Positions 51,382 to 58,934 of a stretch of 64,000 nt of DNA are shown here, in pieces (position 1 is the stretch's first letter; every line of letters starts with the position of its first letter). This stretch comes from an uncultured Actinomycetes bacterium. GTDB lineage: Bacteria > Actinomycetota > Actinomycetes > Streptosporangiales > Streptosporangiaceae. The notes under the pieces are model-generated. The model ran no database searches, was not told the DNA's origin, and saw nothing but the letters and a program-made list of their open reading frames with translations. The stretch covers positions 2,542 to 66,541 of the forward strand of contig CAVZKY010000035.1 of assembly GCA_963775825.1 (NCBI GenBank), read 5' to 3'. Made by a program: the position numbers and the translations under genes.

Positions 51382-52638
51382 ATGCCTGATGGCCGACCGT
51401 ATTTCGCCGGGCGAGGTAGCCTCAGCACGGGGACTGCAGCCGAGGAGGACGGCGTGGAGCAACGCACGGACGATACGGCGCGGCAGCCACGGGTAGCCGC
51501 GGAGGATGCCGATGCGCCTCCGGCCGAGGACGGGCAGGCAGAGATCGGTCCGTCGGCCGATCAGGACGTCGGCCAGGGTAACGGGCACGCGCCTGAGGGT
51601 GAGTCGGTCTGGAGCCCGGCCACGCTCCCGGCTGCTGACGCGTCTCGCGAGCGCCCTGCGGGCCGTCAGCCGGGCGGCAGTTTCCGGACTCCCCCGGCCG
51701 ACGGCGGCCAGCCAGCCACGTCTGAGCGCACCTACCAGGCTGCGACCGACCGCGTGTATCCGACCAGTACATCCGATGGCGCCTATCCGTCCGACACTGC
51801 CTACGCTGGGCCATCGGTCGGCGACGGTTATGGTCCGCCGGACACGGAACGGGGCTTTCCCGCTTCCAGCACGCAGGGTCACGACCTCCCCTCGGCGTCG
51901 GTCAACGGGCCGGATTACGGCGCTGCCCCAGCCGACAGCATCTACGGCGCCTCGGCGGGAACCCAGCGTGACCTGTCCGCCCCTCCGTACCCGGCTCAGG
52001 TGACCGCGCCGCAGCGCACCCCGTCCGATTCGCGTTCCCCGTCCGATTCGCGTTCCCCGTCCGATTCGCGTTCCCCGTCCGATTCGCGTTCCCCGTCCGA
52101 TTCGCGTTCCCCGTCCGATTCGCATCCCTTGTCCGATTCGCGTACGCAGACGGAGACGGAGCGGCCGGAAGGGCCGTCACCGTGGCAGGCCGCCGCGGCA
52201 CGGGTACCCCGGCCGCAATCGGTGCCGAAACGGCCAAAGGCCCAGCGGTCTGAGAAGATCGGCGCCCCCGCCCGCCAGGCGCACCTCATGGTGTCCCGGT
52301 TCGAGCCCTGGTCCGTGATGAAGTTCAGTTTCATGATCTCGCTGGCGTGCTTCGTCATCTTGTTCATCGCGGTGACGCTGCTTTACGGCACGCTGGCTGG
52401 CCTCGGTGTCTTCGATTCGATCCAGAAGGCCCTGTCGAACGTCACCTCCGGCCAGGGGACGGCCGGCGTGAGCGTGTCGCACTACTTCTCCGCCTCGACG
52501 ATTCTCAGCTACACGGCGCTGCTCGGGGTCTTCAATGTGTTCCTCATTACCGCCTTCGCCACGGTCGGTTCGGTCATCTACAACCTGACGGCGCGCCTCG
52601 TGGGCGGGGTCGAAGTAACGTTGCGGGAAACGGAGTGA
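51382..52638 (+). CDS. DUF3566-type membrane protein (Rv0007-like) with a long disordered N-terminal region
   Basis: The C-terminal block is HLMVSRFEPWSVMKFSFMISLACFVILFIAVTLLYGTLAGLGVF...IYNLTARLVGGVEVTLRE. The gene follows gyrA, as in other actinobacteria. Confidence 0.75.
   Translation: MPDGRPYFAGRGSLSTGTAAEEDGVEQRTDDTARQPRVAAEDADAPPAEDGQAEIGPSADQDVGQGNGHAPEGESVWSPATLPAADASRERPAGRQPGGSFRTPPADGGQPATSERTYQAATDRVYPTSTSDGAYPSDTAYAGPSVGDGYGPPDTERGFPASSTQGHDLPSASVNGPDYGAAPADSIYGASAGTQRDLSAPPYPAQVTAPQRTPSDSRSPSDSRSPSDSRSPSDSRSPSDSRSPSDSHPLSDSRTQTETERPEGPSPWQAAAARVPRPQSVPKRPKAQRSEKIGAPARQAHLMVSRFEPWSVMKFSFMISLACFVILFIAVTLLYGTLAGLGVFDSIQKALSNVTSGQGTAGVSVSHYFSASTILSYTALLGVFNVFLITAFATVGSVIYNLTARLVGGVEVTLRETE
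52021..52146 (+). repeat. In-frame 18-bp tandem repeat (5 perfect + 2 diverged copies) encoding (PSDSRS)n
   Basis: ccgtccgattcgcgttcc occurs five times at 52021-52110, followed by two variant copies. Confidence 0.9.
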
Positions 52639-52717
52639 CGCGGCATCCGGCCGGTTCGCCGTCGCGCCGCAAGTTGCGGTAACCTTTCCCGGCGTGCGCG
52701 GTTCAGCCGCGTATCTG

Positions 52718-52794
52718 GGGGCTATAGCTCAGTCGGTTAGAGCGCATCCCTGATAAGGATGAGGTCGATGGTTCAAGTCCATCTAGCCCCACCA
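52718..52794 (+). tRNA. tRNA-Ile (anticodon GAT), CCA encoded
   Basis: Cloverleaf: GGGGCTA/TAGCCCC acceptor stem, GCTC..GAGC D stem, CATCC-CTGATAA-GGATG anticodon arm, GATGG-TTCAAGT-CCATC T arm, then A-CCA. Confidence 0.95.
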
Positions 52795-52857
52795 GCTCAG
52801 AACACATCTCCGGGCAGCAGCCCGACCGGTTGACGGCAACAGTGACAGCAACAGCCA

Positions 52858-52944
52858 GGCCCGTCGACGATACGCTGGAAGCCCGCACTCAACGCTTTCG
52901 CCATCACCTTCAGCGACCGATTCCCGGCCGCTGAGACGTTCTAG
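52858..52944 (+). pseudogene. Remnant (last 28 codons) of a second IS256-family transposase
   Basis: GPSTIRWKPALNAFAITFSDRFPAAETF* is the conserved C-terminal signature of mutator/IS256 transposases. Stop codons lie immediately upstream in the same frame. Confidence 0.65.
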
Positions 52945-53011
52945 AAGAGCCGCCGGAGGGGGGCACCCGGCAGGCGGATAGCGTCGGGGAGCAGGATGCC
53001 GGGTCGCCATT

Positions 53012-53824
53012 GTGAGGGGGTTGACCCCGATGCCGGTTGGGCTTGTGAATGGGGTTGAGCTGTATTGGGAGCAACGGGGCGGTGGTCCCCGGTTGCTTTT
53101 TTGCAACGGGTCGGGGCTGACCTTGCAAGACGTTCGGCTGCTGCTTGATCCCCTCACTGCCAGCTTCGATTTGCTGGCGTGGGACTACCGCGGCTTTGGG
53201 CGCAGCGCCCCGGTGACGCGCCCGTACGCCATGGCCGATGTCGCGGCCGACGCCGCTGGCCTTCTGGAGATCGCTGGGTGGGAGTCCTGCCGGGTGGTCG
53301 GGGTGAGCTTCGGCGGCATGGTGGCGCAGGAGTTCGCCGTCACCACCCCGGGCCGGGTGGAGCGCCTGGCTTTGGCGTGCACGTCGGCCGGTGGTGACGG
53401 CGGGTCCTCCTATTCGCTGCAAAAGCTGCTGGAGCTCCCGCGGGAGCAACGGGTGGCGGCGGAGCTGAAGCTGGTGGACAGCCGCTGGGACCAGCGGTGG
53501 CTGGAGGCCCACCCCGCCGATCGGGCGATCGCCCAGCGGCTGACCGCCGCCGGGCAAGATCAGCAGGGCCCGGCCGCCGTGGCCGCCCGCGCGGCCCAGC
53601 TCCAAGCGCGGGAAGGCCATGACGTGTGGGACCGGCTCGGCGCGATCACCTGCCCGGCCCTGGTTGGCTACGGCAACTACGACGGGGTAGCACCGGTGCG
53701 CAACAGCACCAGCATCGCTTCACGCATCCGCGGCGCCGAGTTGCACGGCTACGAAGGCGGCCACGTGTTCTTGTTCCAAGACCCGGCCGCCTTCCCGGCA
53801 TTCGTCGCATTCCTGGGAGTTTGA
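53012..53824 (+). CDS. Alpha/beta-fold hydrolase
   Basis: The nucleophile elbow is VVGVSFGGMVA (GxSxG). GGPRLLFCNGSG is an oxyanion-like region. The C-terminal GGHVFLFQDP carries the catalytic His. Confidence 0.8.
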   Translation: MRGLTPMPVGLVNGVELYWEQRGGGPRLLFCNGSGLTLQDVRLLLDPLTASFDLLAWDYRGFGRSAPVTRPYAMADVAADAAGLLEIAGWESCRVVGVSFGGMVAQEFAVTTPGRVERLALACTSAGGDGGSSYSLQKLLELPREQRVAAELKLVDSRWDQRWLEAHPADRAIAQRLTAAGQDQQGPAAVAARAAQLQAREGHDVWDRLGAITCPALVGYGNYDGVAPVRNSTSIASRIRGAELHGYEGGHVFLFQDPAAFPAFVAFLGV

Positions 53825-53937
53825 GTCCCTCCGAGCGCGCTAACGAACTCTCAGGCCGGGGCACTCTATCTAGCCCAGGCGCGGGCCCTGGAGGCGGAGC
53901 GGTTACGGTTGAGCCCGAGCCTTGACATCATGTTCAT

Positions 53938-54345
53938 GTGGATGAGGCCTGGGCACGGTTCATGACTGCGGTTGAGCACGCCCAGCGCGAAATGGGGGCG
54001 GGGCGACCGGAACCCTTCAAGGCACTGTGGTCGCACACTGACGACGTAGTGATTATGGGCGGATTCGGCGGCTACGAGCGCGGTTGGGGGCAGGTCGGTC
54101 CCCGCCTCGACTGGGCTTCGAAAGGCCTCGCTGCTACGGATCGCAGCGAGGAGAACATCGTGACGGTGATCCGTGAGGACCTCGGCTACACCGTCGACCT
54201 GGAGCACATGACCCGGCACGTCGACGGCCAGCCGCGGCGGCTCACACTTCGCTGTACGCAGGTATACCGCCGGGAGAACGGTGAGTGGAAGATCGTCCTG
54301 CGCCATGCAGACGAGCTCTTGCAGAAAGACGAGCAGCAAAGATGA
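53938..54345 (+). CDS. NTF2-like / SnoaL-DUF4440-type small protein
   Basis: 135 aa. The pattern ...VVIMGGFGGYERGW...LRCTQVYRRENGEWKIVLRHAD is typical of ketosteroid-isomerase-like folds. Confidence 0.55.
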   Translation: MDEAWARFMTAVEHAQREMGAGRPEPFKALWSHTDDVVIMGGFGGYERGWGQVGPRLDWASKGLAATDRSEENIVTVIREDLGYTVDLEHMTRHVDGQPRRLTLRCTQVYRRENGEWKIVLRHADELLQKDEQQR

Positions 54346-54698
54346 TCCGGGGAGCAGCACTGGCTCGGTCGGCCGCCCTCCACTGGTCGCGGCCCGGAGA
54401 TCCCGTATGACCTCATGAAACTGCTTGGTCAACATAATCGCTGACGGCACCGAAAGGGCAGGCAACGTCCGCAACGACAACTCATGCGCGGCTTCAGACG
54501 CCAGGCCTGGCGCAGCATGCATCGAGCCCCGCATATGCGGTCGGCCCAGCGGAGCCACACCTGGCCCGCTGAGCCGACCGCAGTCGGTGGCCTCACGCTG
54601 ACGGTGGGAGTTGCTAGGCTGCGTCATATCCACGGCGCCGCTGAACGGCTCCGTAGCGTCAAGACTTCCGAGTCCCCAGAGTGGAAAGGCTTCACGTC

Positions 54699-54821
54699 GT
54701 GAAGAAGATGCTTGTTCTTGCCCTGCTAGGTCTCGGAGTCTTTGCCGTCTGGCGGAAGGTGCAGGCCGACCGGGCCGAGATCGACCTCTGGACCGAGGCC
54801 ACCACGGCCGAGCTGAACTGA
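54699..54821 (+). CDS. DLW-39-family small membrane protein (40 aa; absent from the ORF track because under 60 aa)
   Basis: VKKMLVLALLGLGVFAVWRKVQADRAEIDLWTEATTAELN*. It has one TM segment followed by the DLW motif. GGAAAGG lies 9 nt upstream of GTG 54699. Confidence 0.65.
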   Translation: MKKMLVLALLGLGVFAVWRKVQADRAEIDLWTEATTAELN

Positions 54822-54860
54822 CTCTCGCCGAGCCGGAGGGCCCGGTAGAGGAGGCATGGG

Positions 54861-55541
54861 TTGAGCGATACATTCCCCGTATCGCTGGTGTGCTGTGACC
54901 TCGCAGGAACGATCATCTCCGACCGGAGCATCCTCGAAAGAGCCTTCGCCGAGGCGATCGCCACGCAGGGAGTGGTGCCCGGCACGGCCGCCTACGCGCG
55001 GTCAATGGTCCTGGTCGACCGGTCCGGTGGCCTGCCGCCCCGGGATGTCATGCACGCTCTGTTCGCCGAGAACGACGCCCAGGCGCAGGCCGCCTACCTG
55101 TCCTTCGAACGGTCCTACCGGGCTGTGCTGGACCGGCTGGGCGCCTGGCCTGTGCCTGGTGCGCTGGACGTCATCTCCAAGCTGGCCGGCTCGCACATAA
55201 AGGTGTGCTTTATTTCCGGTTTCTCCCGGCCGATGGCACGCCTGGTGCTCGAGCGGCTGGGCATCAGCCGTCGCGCCGATCTGACCCTGTGCCTGGATGA
55301 CGCGCCCCGCGGCTGCCCCTGGCCCGACGTGGTGCTTACGGCCGTCATCCGGTTGGGCATCGACGACGTCGCAGAGGTCGCCGTGGCCGGGGACAGCGAG
55401 AGTGTCATCACGGCCGGGCGCCGGGCCGGCGCCCGTACCCTCATCGGCGTGACCGGAGGACGGTCTCCGCAACGGCTCCGCTCGGCTGGCGCCACTCACC
55501 TCATCAGGTCGATCACCGAGCTGCCCGGCCTGCTGCTGTAA
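54861..55541 (+). CDS. HAD-superfamily hydrolase
   Basis: Motif I-like is LVCCDLAGTII. Motif II is VCFISGFSR. Motif IV is VAVAGDSESVITAGRRAG. TTG start. Confidence 0.7.
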   Translation: MSDTFPVSLVCCDLAGTIISDRSILERAFAEAIATQGVVPGTAAYARSMVLVDRSGGLPPRDVMHALFAENDAQAQAAYLSFERSYRAVLDRLGAWPVPGALDVISKLAGSHIKVCFISGFSRPMARLVLERLGISRRADLTLCLDDAPRGCPWPDVVLTAVIRLGIDDVAEVAVAGDSESVITAGRRAGARTLIGVTGGRSPQRLRSAGATHLIRSITELPGLLL

Positions 55542-55563
55542 CAGGTACCCTGGGAGCGCGCTT

Positions 55564-55636
55564 GGGGCTATAGCTCAGCTGGAAGAGCACCTGCTTTGCA
55601 AGCAGGGGGTCAGGGGTTCGAGTCCCCTTAGCTCCA
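55564..55636 (+). tRNA. tRNA-Ala (anticodon TGC), CCA not encoded
   Basis: GGGGCTA/TAGCTCC acceptor stem with the G3:U70 alanine identity pair. CCTGC-TTTGCAA-GCAGG anticodon arm. AGGGG-TTCGAGT-CCCCT T arm. Confidence 0.95.
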
Positions 55637-55875
55637 CTTCCACCAGGTAAAACGCCGTTTGACGAAGCGTTGTGGCTGTGCCGTGCCCGCTGTGTGCCCG
55701 ATCGGGTCCCGGCGCTCTGTCCGGACGCCTCTCCCTTGCCTCGCTTGAGTCCTTCCCGAGGGAGCTGGTTTTGGGCATCCGCGATCTGTCGCTGCTTCAA
55801 ACGAGCACGCCAGCCCACCGGCCGCCTAGCAGCTCGACTCGGCATTCGCCGCCGACTCGGGACCGGACGGTGTCG

Positions 55876-55892
55876 TGTGTAGCCATTACACA
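55876..55892. promoter_or_regulatory. Palindrome TGTGTA-gccat-TACACA upstream of the HTH gene (candidate autoregulatory operator)
   Basis: A 6-5-6 inverted repeat 29 nt upstream of ATG 55921, in a locally AT-richer stretch. Confidence 0.35.
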
Positions 55893-55920
55893 TACCTAGA
55901 GATTCTTCTATGATTGTGTT

Positions 55921-56640
55921 ATGGCGAGCGTGAGCGTTGCGGAGGCCGCAAAGAGTCTCGGTGTTGGAGTGGCGCGTATCCATCAAAGGATCGCGGACGG
56001 TTCGCTGCGCGCCGAGCGCATCGGCTCACAGTGGGTCGTCGACGAGCCTTCATTGCTCCGGGTTGGCGAGCGCAAGAAGCCTGGTCGACCGCTCTCGGCT
56101 CGGTCTGCATGGGCGATCATCGCCCTGGCCGAGGGGGACGATGAGTCGCTTCGCGCGCTGGCGCCCGGAGAGCGGGCGCGGGCCAGGTCGCGGCTCGATG
56201 CGCTACTCAGACTCGCGGACGATTCGCCGAAACGCGAGGAGGATGTTCGTGGGCTTGCTTCGGCGTTGCGCTCACTGCTGCGCAATCGTGCTCAGCGCGA
56301 GCTACGCAAGGCGGCTGATGCCGATCTACCAGCGTTGCGCAAAGATCCTCGCTGGGAATCGATCACTAGCTCTGCGGCCAGCGGCATCGCCTCGGCTGAT
56401 CTCGATGGCTATGTCTCGCCCAAGGGCCTCAAGCCGCTGGCGGAAGAGTTCCTACTGATGCCGGCTGACAGCGACGCCAATGTCATCATCCACGTGCTTC
56501 CCGAGGGGCAGAAGGCCTACCCCGGCTCAAAGCTCTTGCTGGCAGCCGATCTTGCTGAGCAACGCGGCCCTCGCGAGGAGCTGCGTGCTGCCGAACTGCT
56601 GCATGAGGTGGCCCAGGAACGAGAGGCTGTCAGAATATGA
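55921..56640 (+). CDS. HTH protein, AbiEi-like (putative type IV antitoxin / transcriptional regulator)
   Basis: N-terminal winged-helix SVAEAAKSLGVGVARIHQRIADGSLRAERIGSQWVV. The stop overlaps the next start (ATGA at 56637-56640). Confidence 0.45.
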   Translation: MASVSVAEAAKSLGVGVARIHQRIADGSLRAERIGSQWVVDEPSLLRVGERKKPGRPLSARSAWAIIALAEGDDESLRALAPGERARARSRLDALLRLADDSPKREEDVRGLASALRSLLRNRAQRELRKAADADLPALRKDPRWESITSSAASGIASADLDGYVSPKGLKPLAEEFLLMPADSDANVIIHVLPEGQKAYPGSKLLLAADLAEQRGPREELRAAELLHEVAQEREAVRI

Positions 56641-57365
56641 TCGTCCTCCCGGCCATGCCGCCGGAGCAGACCGCTTCGTGGCTCGGTGTCCTCGACCTCT
56701 ATGACCACCTAAGCGAGGGATGGACCCTCATCGGCGGACAGCTTGTCCATCTGCACTGCGCCGAGCGTGGGGAATTCCCGGTGCGACCGACCAACGACGC
56801 CGACACCGTGATCGACGTGAGGGCCGACCCGGAGATGTTGCACACGTTCACCAAGACGCTGACCGACATCGGGTTCGAGTCAGCGGGGATCTCCGTGGAA
56901 GGACGCCAGCATCGTTGGGTGCGGGGCAAGGCCTCGATCGACGTGCTGCTTCCCGACGGCGTCGGGGAGCGGGCCAGTGAGCGCCAGGGCGTTACTGGCA
57001 GCCCGACACTGCCGACCGCAGGCGGGACGCAGGCGCTGCAGCGCAGCGAGGTCGTGGCGGTGACGGTCGACAGCCGCGAGGGATTCGTCTGGCGGCCCAA
57101 CCTCGTCGGTGCGCTCGTGGTGAAGGCAGCTGCACATGGCAACGCAGGCGATCCCGGCGTCGCCCGTCACCGTCGCGACTTTGCCGTCCTTGCTGGGCTG
57201 ATCACCACCGCCGATTTCGCGGACGAGGATCTGACCAAGAAAGACCGTCAGCGGCTGCGCTTGATCGTCACGGCGATCAAGAACGACCGGGAACTTCTCC
57301 TGGAGATCCCCCGCGCGACGGCAGCAATCGAGCGACTGAAGGTCGCGGCCAAGCTCAGCGCCTGA
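56637..57365 (+). CDS. Nucleotidyltransferase-fold protein, AbiEii/DUF1814-like (putative toxin)
   Basis: LIGGQLVHLHCAERGEFPVRPTNDADTVIDV fits a GG...x(n)...DxD pattern. A second acidic block is IDVLLPDG. The C-terminus is helical. Confidence 0.45.
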   Translation: MIVLPAMPPEQTASWLGVLDLYDHLSEGWTLIGGQLVHLHCAERGEFPVRPTNDADTVIDVRADPEMLHTFTKTLTDIGFESAGISVEGRQHRWVRGKASIDVLLPDGVGERASERQGVTGSPTLPTAGGTQALQRSEVVAVTVDSREGFVWRPNLVGALVVKAAAHGNAGDPGVARHRRDFAVLAGLITTADFADEDLTKKDRQRLRLIVTAIKNDRELLLEIPRATAAIERLKVAAKLSA

Positions 57366-57798
57366 CAGCGAAACCCCAGGCCACCGCACCACCTCTCACA
57401 CTGCGCACCGGCGGGACTGTCGGCTCAAGCGCGTCGGCCGATTCTTCCGGCCACCCGGTACGGAAGGCCCACCGTGCAGGCGCCAGCTTGTCGGCGAACG
57501 ACGGACTAGTAGCCTTAGGCCCTGGCTTCCACGAGCTGCCCTTCGCCGCACCAGCCTGCACGTCGAAGATCGGCTCGGCAGCCACGGCCCGTCCGGCGGG
57601 ATGGGCCGCCCACTCGTCGTGCGTGCGGGCGATCGCCACCGTGCATTTCGCGTCCACCAGCGTCTGCTCGAGCTCCTCGCCCGGGTACTTCCGGATCGCC
57701 GCCGCGACCTCGGAGGCATCCTGGCGCACTCCCAGAGCCGTGGCGAGCCGCTCCTCCACCACCTGCACCACCCCGATGCCAGAAGGCGTTAAGGACAT
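57355..57798 (-). pseudogene. Possible decayed fragment of a family III (CaiB/BaiF) CoA-transferase
   Basis: LTPSGIGVVQVV resembles the N-terminal PLxGIRVV block and is fused directly to a mid-domain-like stretch, EELEQTLVDAKCTVAIARTHDEWAAHPAGRAV. The rest is unrecognisable. Confidence 0.3.
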
Positions 57799-58145
57799 CG
57801 AGCCGCCCTTCTAGATGGGACGGCTCCGTGGCGGTCAGAAAGATCGCTGTGAGCCCGCAGTTAGCGTATGCCGACGCAAATCGAGCAACCATGCGTAGAG
57901 CCGCTTGGCATGCTGATGTGAGCCTGTGCCTGGATGTAATACCGGCCTCGTCGTTGGCCGGCCGCGGTCGACCTGCTTCCATGCGGGCGGTCTTTGACAG
58001 CAATTTCCCCTAGGTGAATCGGTCCGGTAGGGGAAGACGGATCCCCTGTCGGAATGCGAGCCTGCGCGAGATGGCCAGCGATCCGGCGCGAGGTGAGAGA
58101 TACCGGTCGGCCCGCTCGTCCTGAAAAGCGAAATAGGGAGTGGCA

Positions 58146-58751
58146 ATGGTTTCCAGCGAGTCCTCAATGCTTTCCGACGGGTACAGTGCGCCGCCGTCCG
58201 GGCCGTCAGGGTTAATAGCGAGAACGTGGCAGGCGACGTTGTTCCTCGGGGTCCTGACCTTGATCTTTGGCATCATCGTGAGCTTCCATCCGAGGGGGTC
58301 ACTGAACGTGCTCGCGGTCCTGCTCGGCGTCCTCATGATTTTGTCCGGGATCTTCCATCTGGTCCGGGTTTTCGATCCGGAGGAAAGCCACCGGGTCTGG
58401 CTCGGCATCGCCGGCCTGCTGTTCATCGTGATCGGCGTGGTGCTGATCCGCCATCTGCATCTCACCGTGGCGGCGATCGGCCTGGTGATCGGCATCACCT
58501 GGATCGTCCAGGGGCTGGCCGCGCTGATCGGGGGGATTTCCGGCGGTGCCCGCGAGGGCCGGGCCTGGTGGATCATCTTCGGGGTGGTGAGCCTGATCGC
58601 GGGGCTCGTGGTCGTGTCGGCCCCGACCTCATCGCTCAACGTCCTGGCCGTGCTGCTCGGTATCTGGTTCATCATCATGGGCATCTTCGAGATCAGCGGA
58701 GGGTTCATCCTGCGGCACGAGCTCCGCGCCGCGCACAAGGCGCACGCCTGA
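58146..58751 (+). CDS. HdeD/DUF308-family membrane protein
   Basis: Repeated LNVLAVLLGV(L/I)xIxxGIF helix pairs (6 TM segments). ATG 58146 lies 5 nt after AGGGAG. Confidence 0.75.
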   Translation: MVSSESSMLSDGYSAPPSGPSGLIARTWQATLFLGVLTLIFGIIVSFHPRGSLNVLAVLLGVLMILSGIFHLVRVFDPEESHRVWLGIAGLLFIVIGVVLIRHLHLTVAAIGLVIGITWIVQGLAALIGGISGGAREGRAWWIIFGVVSLIAGLVVVSAPTSSLNVLAVLLGIWFIIMGIFEISGGFILRHELRAAHKAHA

Positions 58752-58934
58752 ACCAACACAGCAGCACATTCCCGCCCGCAACAGCCGGGCCTGTCACCCA
58801 TCAGGGGTGAGGCACACGGCCAGCAGGCGCGGCAGCGTGTAGTTTGCGTGGCGTTCCGTCGGCCGCCCTATCGCCCGGGGTGGCTCGATGAGTGAGCGGG
58901 CGGCGGGACGGCGTTTAGCAATAGGGGGCTGGCG

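Noticed and set aside
52021-52146. Regular 18-bp repeats as a possible CRISPR array
   Set aside because: There are no spacers, because the copies are directly tandem. The unit is far too short, it is in frame within a coding region (PSDSRS), and there are no cas genes.
52703-52888. 61-aa minus ORF (and 55513-55986 minus, 157 aa) overlapping the tRNA genes
   Set aside because: They are antisense reads through tRNA-Ile and tRNA-Ala. The tRNA cloverleaves fully explain the conservation-like features.
56871-56881. gggttcgagtc, matching the T-arm of tRNA-Ala, as a possible attR for an island starting at the tRNA
   Set aside because: It is only 11 bp, lies inside the NTase ORF, and does not extend to the tRNA 3' end. 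This is compatible with chance at this GC content.
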